Part shown: piece after piece, positions 55,373-63,475 of the stretch
Layout of the letters: every line of letters begins with the position of its first letter
How positions within the stretch are numbered: the stretch's first letter is position 1
Source of the DNA: an uncultured Fimbriimonas sp.
GTDB taxonomy: Bacteria; Armatimonadota; Fimbriimonadia; Fimbriimonadales; Fimbriimonadaceae
Length of the DNA: 64,000 nucleotides
Reading direction: 5' to 3'
NCBI GenBank assembly: GCA_964619505.1
Contig: CAZUCK010000005.1
Location: 10,300 to 74,299, forward strand
The notes under the pieces: generated by a model
What the model was told of the DNA's origin: nothing
Databases searched by the model: none
Seen by the model: only the letters and a program-made list of their open reading frames with translations
Made by a program: the position numbers and the translations under genes

Positions 55373-55675
55373 TCAATGTGTCTCGAAGGTCCAAGTGACA
55401 ATCTCCAGGTGATCGGCCATTGGCCTAACTTGCCCGATGAATTGCAGAATCTTTGGCTCCCGTCAATGACTTAGCACGATGGGTAAATTCTCCGCCACGT
55501 CCAAAAAGCGGGCGCTATGGATTCAGTGGGAAGCGTCGAATCCCATGGTTCCCTGCTAGGCTGTCGCACCGGCCAGACCTTCGCCGCGGGCCAATTCGAT
55601 GAGCGCCGCATAGAGGGGTCTCCCATGCCACTGCACGGTTTCTTCGAGATAGATCTCAAGAGCCATTTGTTTCAT
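55373..55675 (-). pseudogene. DUF190 (CrcB-associated, PII-like) gene with three in-frame stop codons
   Basis: Hand translation from ATG 55675 gives MKQMALEIYLEETVQWHGRPLYAALIELARGEGLAGATA*QGTMGFDASH*IHSARFLDVAENLPIVLSH*REPKILQFIGQVRPMADHLEIVTWTFETH*. The family pattern (IYL...G.PL...G.aGaTV.RG..GFG...iH...l..dLPiv...ekI..F) is kept in one frame over 101 codons. The ATG overlaps the crcB stop (ATGA). Confidence 0.75.
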
Positions 55676-56067
55676 GCCGTGCCTCCGATTGCACGCCCAA
55701 TGACCAAGCCCAGCCAGCAGCCGCAAACGCTCAGCGTCACGTTGAAAAGCATGTACTGCAAAGCCATCCCGTACGACCCTTGCTGAACCAATTCAACTGC
55801 TTCATAGGAGAACGTGGAGAAGGTGGTGTAGCCGCCCAAAACACCGACCGCGAAAAAGAGCCGCCAACTCGGATGCCAATCAAGCTTCAGCATCATGGCC
55901 ATGAATAGGCCAATGATGAGCGATCCTGTGACGTTGATGATGGTCGTTCCCCAAGGGAAGATCGCACCCCATCTGCCCGCAATGTAGCTGCCCAACCAAT
56001 AGCGAGCGTTCGCACCGAGGCCTCCGCCGAGGAAGACGAGCAGGCTTGCCGCACCGGGGTTCACCAA
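55672..56067 (-). CDS. crcB: fluoride ion channel CrcB/FluC
   Basis: LVFLGGGLGANARYWL and GVLGGYTTFSTFSYE are CrcB signatures. 131 aa with four hydrophobic helices. TTG (or the adjacent GTG) start. Confidence 0.9.
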   Translation of the reverse strand: MVNPGAASLLVFLGGGLGANARYWLGSYIAGRWGAIFPWGTTIINVTGSLIIGLFMAMMLKLDWHPSWRLFFAVGVLGGYTTFSTFSYEAVELVQQGSYGMALQYMLFNVTLSVCGCWLGLVIGRAIGGTA

Positions 56068-56158
56068 CCGTGTTTACCCTTTCTCGAGCGTGCCTGCCGC
56101 AGAGATTGCTCTTCTTGCGGTAAACATACTTGTCCGAATTAACCGTAGGAATCAATCG

Positions 56159-58189
56159 ATGCAAACAACCAAGACCTTCCAGCGTGCCCTTCTCCTTGCG
56201 TTCAGCTTCACCGCCGCATTTGCCTCAGCCCAAGACGTCCCAAAAGACATCACCGATGCGCTGAAGAAAGCCGATGCCTCCATCGCTGCTATCGTGGCCA
56301 TACCCGATAAGGAGCGAACCTTCGAGAACACGCTGGGTGCATTCGACGATTTGAGCGCGGTGCTCGAGAAAGACACCTCCCTCTTCATCTTTTTGGAGAA
56401 CGTTTCCCCCGATCCCAACGTGAGAGACCAGGCGAGAGCGGCCGATGAAGCGGTGAGCAACTGGGGCACGGCTGTGGGAAAACGGGAAGACCTCTACAAA
56501 GCCATCAAGGCCTATGCGGATACGAAGCCCGAGCTCACGGGCGAACGGGCACGATTCCTTGAATTCACCATGCGCGACTATCGCAGAGCGGGCATGGACC
56601 TACCGGCGGATCAGCGTTCGAAATTGCAGGCCAACGAACTGGAGCAGAATAAGCAGAACATCGCGTTCGACCAGAACATTGCCGACGATGAAACGCGCAT
56701 TCCCTTTCTCCTTTCTGAATTGACAGGGGTTCCGAAAGACGTTTTGGACAAACAGCCCAAGCAGAAAGACATTTACTTGCTCGGCTTCGACTATCCCACC
56801 TATGACGGCGTCATGATCCACTGCCCCAACGAGGGCACGCGACGCAAATTTTGGTCCGCCTTTAGACGACGCGCCGGAACGAAGAACGTCCGCGTGCTTG
56901 AAAAGCTGATTCAACTTCGTTGGGACGAAGCGCAGATGCTCGGATATCCCACGACCGTCGATTACGTCGTCGAACCTCGAATGGCCAAGAACGCCAAGGC
57001 GATTGCGGACTTCTACACGAAGCTTCGTCCGATCGTGCGGAAGAAGGCGAACCTTGATTACCAGGAATTCCAGGAGGCAAAACGGAAGTTCACGCACGAC
57101 CCGAAGGCGGTCTTTATGCCCTGGGATTATGCGTTTTACAAGGATCAGCTCCAGAAGCAGAAGTATTCGGTGGACAACGAAAAGGTGCGCGAATACTTCC
57201 CCATGATGGCCGTCGTGGCCGGCTTGTTTGGGATTACGCAGTCTCTTTATGGGTTGCAGCATAAGGACGTGACAGCGGACGCCGGAAAGCTGGGGCTCCC
57301 CTTGTGGCACCCCGATGTGAAGCTGTATGAAGTCATCGACGTGAAGACCCACGAGATGATGGGGCACTTCTACACGGATTTGTATCCACGACAAGGCAAA
57401 TACACGCACGCGGCCTGCTGGGGTCTTCAAGGACGAAAGGTTTGGGCGGATGGCACGGTTCAAAAGCCCCTTGCCGCCCTCGTCTGCAACCTGACAAAGC
57501 CGACTGCGGACAAACCTTCATTGCTCGACCACGACGAGGTGGAGACGATTTTCCACGAGTTTGGGCACTGCCTTCACGACATCCTCGCGCAATCGACGAC
57601 GGATCGATTCTCCGGTTCCAACGTCGCTCTCGATTTTGTGGAAGCTCCCTCGCAGATGTTTGAGAACTGGACCTGGGATGCGAAGGTTCTGCGCAGCTTT
57701 GCGAAGCACTACAAGACGGGCAAGGCTTTCCCCGACGCGATGTTGAAAGGAATGCTGGCCGCACGGCACCTTGGCAGCGGCATCGAGACGGAGGGGCAAT
57801 TCTATCTTGGTCTCATGGATCAGGATTACCACACGGCCAAGGGAGGCAAGGTTGACACCACAAAGCTTGCCAACGATCTGCTGCCGCAAGTCACGATGTA
57901 TCCGTACGTCGGCAACGCAACGATGTTTCAAGCTTCGTTCGGACACTTGACGAATTACGAATCGGCCTATTACGGCTACATGTGGTCCCTCGTGTACGCA
58001 CAGGACATGTTTCAGCGATTCCAACAGCTCGGAATGCTCGATCCAAAGGCGGGTGCCTATTACCGCGAGAAGATTCTTGCCAGAGGCGGCACGATGGATG
58101 AGATGGCGATGTTGAAGGACTATCTCGGCCGCGAGCCTAAGTTGGACGCGTTCTTGAAGCACCTCGGCCTCGACGCGAACGCCAAGTAA
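56159..58189 (+). CDS. secreted M3-family zinc metallopeptidase (oligopeptidase A / dipeptidyl carboxypeptidase-like)
   Basis: HEFGH zinc motif (TIFHEFGHCLHD) with a downstream E (FVEAPSQMFENW). ATG 56159 gives the signal peptide MQTTKTFQRALLLAFSFTAAFASAQ. Confidence 0.92.
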   Translation: MQTTKTFQRALLLAFSFTAAFASAQDVPKDITDALKKADASIAAIVAIPDKERTFENTLGAFDDLSAVLEKDTSLFIFLENVSPDPNVRDQARAADEAVSNWGTAVGKREDLYKAIKAYADTKPELTGERARFLEFTMRDYRRAGMDLPADQRSKLQANELEQNKQNIAFDQNIADDETRIPFLLSELTGVPKDVLDKQPKQKDIYLLGFDYPTYDGVMIHCPNEGTRRKFWSAFRRRAGTKNVRVLEKLIQLRWDEAQMLGYPTTVDYVVEPRMAKNAKAIADFYTKLRPIVRKKANLDYQEFQEAKRKFTHDPKAVFMPWDYAFYKDQLQKQKYSVDNEKVREYFPMMAVVAGLFGITQSLYGLQHKDVTADAGKLGLPLWHPDVKLYEVIDVKTHEMMGHFYTDLYPRQGKYTHAACWGLQGRKVWADGTVQKPLAALVCNLTKPTADKPSLLDHDEVETIFHEFGHCLHDILAQSTTDRFSGSNVALDFVEAPSQMFENWTWDAKVLRSFAKHYKTGKAFPDAMLKGMLAARHLGSGIETEGQFYLGLMDQDYHTAKGGKVDTTKLANDLLPQVTMYPYVGNATMFQASFGHLTNYESAYYGYMWSLVYAQDMFQRFQQLGMLDPKAGAYYREKILARGGTMDEMAMLKDYLGREPKLDAFLKHLGLDANAK

Positions 58190-58262
58190 CATCCTTGACC
58201 ACCGGACCTCCAAAACAAAATTGGAGATCCGGCGTCAATTGAGCGGATACACTGCGGGTTCC

Positions 58263-59942
58263 ATGCTTAAAGGCGAGCTCTCCCGAAAGGATTTCCTCAA
58301 ATCCGTCGTCATTTCCGCCGTCGCAGCTTCCCTCCCCTCAAACGCTCCTGCTAACCAAGGGGCACCAGCGGCCGGGGCTGAAATCACGATTGACGATCTC
58401 AAGGCGTTCACCAAACTCGCCGGGCTTAGTTTTTCAGACGACGAGTTGAAAGAAACGTTGTCTGATGTCAAAGACTGGCTGACCGGCTACAAGGCGGTTC
58501 GAGACTTGCCTATACCGTTTGAGGTGGAGCCCCCCACCGTCTTCACGCCGAAGACCCACCGCATGATCACTGCGAAGGCGGGGGTTTCGGTCAAAACGAC
58601 GCGGATTTCCAACTTGAAAAGACCCGCGAGCGACGAAGACTTGGCTTTCATGTCCGTGCGGCAGTTGGGGGACTTGATTCGGACACGCCAAGTGTCCCCT
58701 GTCGAACTCACGGAGCTGTATCTGGCCAGGCTGCGCAAATTCGGCGATAAGCTGAACTGCGTCATCACCTTGATGCCGGAGCAGGCATTGGAGAGGGCGC
58801 ATCAGGCGCAGCGCGAGCTTGAGGGCGGCTGGCATCTGGGGCCCCTTCATGGAATTCCGTGCGGGATCAAGGATCTCTTCGCAATGCGGGGAGCGCCGAC
58901 GACCTGGGGAGCCGACCCCTATAAAGAACAGGTGCTGCCTTACGACAGCGCGGTTGTGGAGAGGCTGCATGCTGCCGGTGCAATCGTCCTTGCAAAATTG
59001 AGCATGGGCGCCCTGGCGATGAATGACGTGTGGTTCAAAGGTCGTACAAACAACCCGTGGAACCTCAATGAAGGTTCGAGCGGTTCGTCAGCAGGTTCGG
59101 CCGCTGCGACAGCGGCGGGGCTCGTCGCGTTCACGGTGGGTACGGAGACCTTGGGTTCGATCGTATCACCCAGCAACCGCTGCCGCGTGACCGGATTTAG
59201 ACCGACTTATGGCCGCATCAGCCGGTACGGCGCGATGGGGCTCAGTTACTCGATGGACAAGGTTGGGCCGATCTGCCGGGAAGTGGAAGATTGTGCCCTT
59301 GTGTTTGCCGCGTTAACGGGGCACGACCCGCGCGACCGTGCCTCCGTCGATAGGCCCTTCCATTATCGTCCAGACGTCAAGGTCACAGACCTTAAGGTCG
59401 GAGTCTTGGCACCGGACCCGACGAGCAAAGACCCCGTTGCACCCGATGCGATTGCGTCGACGCTGACGAGGATGGGGATTTCGCCTCGAGCGGTCAAGAT
59501 CGACCCAATCCCCGAAGCGATCGTGAGCGTTCTCGAAGTGGAAGCGGCGGCTTCTTTTGACGAGCTGACTCGGAGCGACCGGATTCACCAGTTGACACAC
59601 AGTGACTGGCCCGAAACCTTTCGGGCGAGCCGTTTTGTACCCGGGGTTGAATACCTTCAAGCTCAACGGGCCAGGGCGTGGCTGATGGATCGGTTTGAGG
59701 ATGAGCTAGGGGATCTGGATGTGCTCGTGCTGCCGGGAGTTGGGCGGCCAACGTTGAGGATTACGAACCTGACCGGGCACCCGCAGGTGAACATTCCGCA
59801 AGGAGCGGATGAAAAAGGTGCTTCGGTGTCCGTATCATTCGTCGGGCGAATCTACGAGGAAGACCAACTGTTGGCGTTTGCGAGAGCCTATCAAGAGCTT
59901 GGCGGATATCACCGTCTGCGACCAAATCTGGTCTCCCTTTAA
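58263..59942 (+). CDS. amidase-signature family amidase, probably exported
   Basis: GIPCGIKDLF (catalytic Lys region) and the Gly/Ser-rich signature EGSSGSSAGSAAATAAG. The N-terminus MLKGELSRKDFLKSVVISAVAASLPSNAPA is Tat-like (RK in place of RR). TTG 58221 is an alternative start. Confidence 0.9.
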   Translation: MLKGELSRKDFLKSVVISAVAASLPSNAPANQGAPAAGAEITIDDLKAFTKLAGLSFSDDELKETLSDVKDWLTGYKAVRDLPIPFEVEPPTVFTPKTHRMITAKAGVSVKTTRISNLKRPASDEDLAFMSVRQLGDLIRTRQVSPVELTELYLARLRKFGDKLNCVITLMPEQALERAHQAQRELEGGWHLGPLHGIPCGIKDLFAMRGAPTTWGADPYKEQVLPYDSAVVERLHAAGAIVLAKLSMGALAMNDVWFKGRTNNPWNLNEGSSGSSAGSAAATAAGLVAFTVGTETLGSIVSPSNRCRVTGFRPTYGRISRYGAMGLSYSMDKVGPICREVEDCALVFAALTGHDPRDRASVDRPFHYRPDVKVTDLKVGVLAPDPTSKDPVAPDAIASTLTRMGISPRAVKIDPIPEAIVSVLEVEAAASFDELTRSDRIHQLTHSDWPETFRASRFVPGVEYLQAQRARAWLMDRFEDELGDLDVLVLPGVGRPTLRITNLTGHPQVNIPQGADEKGASVSVSFVGRIYEEDQLLAFARAYQELGGYHRLRPNLVSL

Positions 59943-60032
59943 GGGCATCTGGGTCTTGGGGCTTTTTATTTGCACGTCGGATGGGACATTCTTAGTCCGT
60001 CGGCTGGGAGGCCGCGGGAGAGGGGGATTACC

Positions 60033-60470
60033 GTGGACTACGTCATAACAATCGCAAGGTGCATGGTGTGCCTATTTTTCTCCGTCCTGTTCCTGCAATC
60101 TGGGTTCGACAAATTCGTGGACTGGACGGGCAACTTGCACTACCTGGATGAGCATTTCGAGAAATCGGTTCTGCACAAGTTCGTTATGCCCTTGCTCATG
60201 ATGCTGACTCTGATGGAGATTGGGACGGGTGTGCTTTGTTTTGGATCAGTTGCGTCCATCCTTACCAAGGGACAGGAGATCATCCCAATCATCGCCATGA
60301 GCATGGTCTGTCTTACGCTGACCTCATTGTTTGCCGGACAAAGGCTGTCCAAGGACTATCCGGGTGCGGCGACCGTCACCACGTACTTTGGCGTGGCATT
60401 ACTGGGACTGGTGCTGATGTGGCCCTTGCTGCCCGAGCTGCCCAAGTTGTTGGAAACCGCAACTCAATGA
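60033..60470 (+). CDS. DoxX-like small integral membrane protein
   Basis: Four hydrophobic helices, with FLQSGFDKF near the first helix as in the DoxX family. GTG 60033 is preceded by GGGAGAGGGGGA. ORF-track start 59970 (TTG) and ATG 60063 are alternatives. Confidence 0.6.
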   Translation: MDYVITIARCMVCLFFSVLFLQSGFDKFVDWTGNLHYLDEHFEKSVLHKFVMPLLMMLTLMEIGTGVLCFGSVASILTKGQEIIPIIAMSMVCLTLTSLFAGQRLSKDYPGAATVTTYFGVALLGLVLMWPLLPELPKLLETATQ

Positions 60471-60895
60471 CAGCCGCAGCCGCCGCAACCGCCGGCTCTG
60501 CCGGTGTCAAGACCCTCGATGCCCTCTTCGTCCGTTGAGAACGAGGAGCCGCATCCGCAGGATTTCACCGCGTTTGGATTCTCGATCTTGAATCCACCTC
60601 CCAACACATCGTCGACGTAGTCGACATGGGCGCCCTTGAGGTACTTGAGGCTGAGCGAATCGACCGTGATGCTGACGCCCTTATCGGCGAAGACGACATC
60701 ATCGGCCTCGGGGGCCGCATCGTCCAACGCCATGCCGTAGGAAAGTCCGGAGCAACCGCCGCCGGCGACCCAGATGCGAAGGGACGCACCCTGCTTGTTG
60801 TGCTCAACGATCATGCCGGCGAGCTCGGATGCGGCTCGCTCGGTGAGGGTCACGTCGGGGGTCGTCGTCAGTTCGGTTTGATCTTTTATTGCCAT
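60464..60895 (-). CDS. A-type iron-sulfur cluster carrier (IscA/SufA/ErpA family) with extra Cys/Gly-rich C-terminal tail
   Basis: LRIWVAGGGCSGLSYGMALD and ...NPNAVKSCGCGSSF are the three conserved carrier cysteines. A 23-aa tail STDEEGIEGLDTGRAGGCGGCGCH follows. Confidence 0.85.
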   Translation of the reverse strand: MAIKDQTELTTTPDVTLTERAASELAGMIVEHNKQGASLRIWVAGGGCSGLSYGMALDDAAPEADDVVFADKGVSITVDSLSLKYLKGAHVDYVDDVLGGGFKIENPNAVKSCGCGSSFSTDEEGIEGLDTGRAGGCGGCGCH

Positions 60896-61183
60896 TGGGT
60901 TCGCCTTGTTGAATCGAATTGTTATTTTATCCTACGTTCAGAGTGACGGTTTCGACACGCCGTTCATTGCTGTTGTTCCATGGACGGCTGTTTCGATGTT
61001 GGGATCTTATCGTGTCGAGGCTCCTCATTCCTGGTCGCAATACGTTTGGCATGCGAGCGGCAACGATGAAGGCGGCGTCCGACAACTCCAAAACGAATCT
61101 ACACTTTTTAGTCCATAATCATCGTAGAAGAGATGGCAGCGCGTAGCGGGGTCTCCCCGGAGGGCGTTTTGGCCACGAAGATT

Positions 61184-62704
61184 ATGAGTGAGCAGATTCT
61201 TGATGAAAGCACCGAACTGCTGGAGCAGTTCGCGAACCGCGAGTATGAGCATGGTTGGTCCGTCGACCTTGAGACCGATCAATTTGACCCGGGTCTGAGC
61301 GAGGATGTCGTCCGTCGCATTTCCGCTAAGAAGAATGAGCCTGAGTGGCTGTTGGACTGGCGGCTCAAGGCGTACAAGCACCTTCTGACGATGAAGGAGC
61401 CGCATTGGCCCAACGTCAAGTACGAGCCGGTCAACCTGCAGGACATCATTTACTACTCGGCGCCTCGAATGAAGCCGCTCCTGAACTCGCTGGACGACGC
61501 CGACCCAGAGATTTTGAGGACTTTCCAGAAGCTGGGCATCCCCGTCGAGGAGCAGAAGTTGCTCTTGAATGTGAAGGGCGCCGCTCATTCTGCACCTGGT
61601 CCTCAAGCACTGGCGCATCAGCTGTCCGGCGTGGCGGTCGATGCGGTGTTCGACTCCGTGTCCGTCGTCACCACATTTAAGGAGAAACTTAGGGAGATCG
61701 GAGTGATCTTCTGCTCCATCCAGGAGGCGGTGCAAGAGCATCCCGACCTGGTCAAGGAATATCTGGGCAGCGTGGTTCCCTACAGCGACAACTACTACGC
61801 GACCCTGAACTCGGCCGTATTCTCGGATGGGTCGTTCGTCTACATCCCTAAGGGCACGCGCTGCCCGATGGAGCTCTCGACCTATTTCCGCATCAACGCC
61901 GAGAAGACCGGACAGTTTGAGCGGACGCTGATCATCGCCGACGAAGGCGCTTACGTTTCGTACCTGGAAGGCTGTACGGCCCCGATGCGCGACGAAAATC
62001 AGCTTCACGCGGCCGTCGTGGAACTGGTCGCCCGCGATGACGCCACCGTGAAGTATTCGACGGTGCAGAACTGGTACCCGGGCGACAAGGACGGCAAGGG
62101 CGGGATCTTCAACTTCGTGACCAAGCGCGGGCGCTGCATGGGCAAGCGCTCCAAGATCACCTGGACGCAGGTCGAGACGGGCTCCGCCATCACCTGGAAG
62201 TACCCTTCTGTGATTTTGCAGGGCGATGATTCCATCGGTGAGTTCTATTCGGTGGCCCTGACCGCCAACAAGCAGCAGGCCGACACAGGCACCAAAATGA
62301 TCCACATCGGCAAGAACACCCGCTCGACGATCGTGTCGAAGGGCATCTCCGCCGGCAACGGGCAAAACACCTATCGCGGCTTGGTTAAGATCAATGCAGG
62401 GGCGCAGAACGCACGGAATTACTCGCAGTGCGATTCGATGCTGATGGGCGACCGGTGCGGCGCCCACACGTTCCCTTACATCGAGGTCAAGAACCCGACC
62501 GCTACGGTGGAGCATGAGGCGTCGACCTCCAAGATCGGAGAGGATCAGATCTTCTACTGCAACCAGCGAGGGATTCCGACCGAGGACGCGGTGAACATGA
62601 TCGTATCCGGATTTTGCAAAGAGGTCTTTCGCGAGCTCCCGATGGAGTTCGCCGTCGAAGCTCAGAAGCTGCTGGGCGTAAGTCTTGAAGGATCGGTAGG
62701 CTGA
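61184..62704 (+). CDS. sufB: Fe-S cluster assembly scaffold protein SufB
   Basis: ATG 61184 gives [25 protein letters not shown]... Conserved SufB blocks include [46 protein letters not shown] and the C-terminal ...[11 protein letters not shown]. Confidence 0.95.
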   Translation: MSEQILDESTELLEQFANREYEHGWSVDLETDQFDPGLSEDVVRRISAKKNEPEWLLDWRLKAYKHLLTMKEPHWPNVKYEPVNLQDIIYYSAPRMKPLLNSLDDADPEILRTFQKLGIPVEEQKLLLNVKGAAHSAPGPQALAHQLSGVAVDAVFDSVSVVTTFKEKLREIGVIFCSIQEAVQEHPDLVKEYLGSVVPYSDNYYATLNSAVFSDGSFVYIPKGTRCPMELSTYFRINAEKTGQFERTLIIADEGAYVSYLEGCTAPMRDENQLHAAVVELVARDDATVKYSTVQNWYPGDKDGKGGIFNFVTKRGRCMGKRSKITWTQVETGSAITWKYPSVILQGDDSIGEFYSVALTANKQQADTGTKMIHIGKNTRSTIVSKGISAGNGQNTYRGLVKINAGAQNARNYSQCDSMLMGDRCGAHTFPYIEVKNPTATVEHEASTSKIGEDQIFYCNQRGIPTEDAVNMIVSGFCKEVFRELPMEFAVEAQKLLGVSLEGSVG

Positions 62705-62826
62705 CGACTGATCCGCTTTGGTGGTCAAAGTCGAGGGCCCGCACCTTATTCAACTGAACTTTCGACTCTCTCTCCTGTCATAACCCAAGAGAAGTCTTGT
62801 CGTGACTTTTTTTCTAGGAGAGGAAT

Positions 62827-63396
62827 ATGAGGAAATCAACCATCTTTCTGGTCGTTCTTGGCGTCGCAATGTCCTTTGGACCGGCGCTCGCAACCGCACC
62901 CCAAGGCAAACCTTCTGAGAAGGTGCCCATCAAACAGAGCAACAAGGACATTCGCGAGGGCATCAAGTTCGCGCGCCAAGCCCACAAGCTGATCTCTGAG
63001 GCGCTGCCCGTCTACGAGGGCCACCGACTCGACGCCTTGAAGGACATTCGAGGGGGCACAACTGAATTGGTCAAGGCCTTACGGGCGGCGTCGAACCCCG
63101 GCAACGACAACCCGCCGAGAAACCCGAACGCCGGAAAAGGCAGGCTCAATGGCAACAGGCCCAACGGCAACGCTCCCAAGCCGCCCAAGCCGACCGACAA
63201 CGAGTCCAAATCGAAATACACCCCGGATCAAATTGCCGACAGCGACAACAAGCTGAAGCAAGCTTCGGGCCTCCTTGATCAAGCGATCAAGGCACTGGAC
63301 AACGCCGATCCCGTGTACCACGGAGAGCGCGTGGAGGCCATTAACAAGTTCAAGAACGCTCAGAAGCAAATCGCCACGGCTCTGACGATCAAGTAA
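62827..63396 (+). CDS. secreted hypothetical protein with an internally duplicated helical motif and an Asn/Pro/Gly-rich linker
   Basis: Signal peptide MRKSTIFLVVLGVAMSFGPALATA; AGGAGAGG sits just upstream of the ATG. There are two copies of A...PVY(E/H)G(H/E)R(L/V)(D/E)A...L..AL, separated by NPGNDNPPRNPNAGKGRLNGNRPNGNAPKPPKP. Confidence 0.6.
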   Translation: MRKSTIFLVVLGVAMSFGPALATAPQGKPSEKVPIKQSNKDIREGIKFARQAHKLISEALPVYEGHRLDALKDIRGGTTELVKALRAASNPGNDNPPRNPNAGKGRLNGNRPNGNAPKPPKPTDNESKSKYTPDQIADSDNKLKQASGLLDQAIKALDNADPVYHGERVEAINKFKNAQKQIATALTIK

Positions 63397-63415
63397 CGGC
63401 CATCCAGGGCAAAAC

Positions 63416-63447
63416 TTGGCCGGGCGCGTTGAGCGTCCGGCCAATTT
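63416..63447. terminator. bidirectional terminator-like hairpin between convergent genes
   Basis: TTGGCCGGGCGC-GTTGA-GCGTCCGGCCAA forms a 12-bp stem with one G-U pair, flanked by AAAA upstream and TTT downstream. Confidence 0.55.
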
Positions 63448-63475
63448 CTGTTGAGTCATTCGCCCAAGTGTTGGA

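Noticed and set aside
55373-55675. Selenocysteine or an alternative genetic code as an explanation for the in-frame stops in the DUF190 gene
   Set aside because: The stops are of two kinds (TAG and TGA). Neighbouring genes terminate normally at TGA, TAG and TAA, and no SECIS-like context was noticed. A pseudogene is the economical explanation.
56068-56200. Possible fluoride riboswitch (crcB motif) upstream of crcB. A GATTGATTCCTAC string near 56140..56160 (minus strand) resembles the 3' GAUGAU.CCUAC element.
   Set aside because: No matching 5' half (GG.GAUGG…) is present. The candidate would overlap the start of the divergent M3 peptidase gene, and the rest of the 91-nt spacer does not fit the motif. 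It needs an Infernal scan (RF01734) to be definitive.
61025-62728. A striking 567-aa ORF on the minus strand covering all of sufB
   Set aside because: SufB on the plus strand is unmistakable along its whole length. The antisense product is low-complexity (R/L/G/H/V-rich) with no recognisable domain. Long stop-free antisense frames are expected from the codon bias of GC-rich genes.
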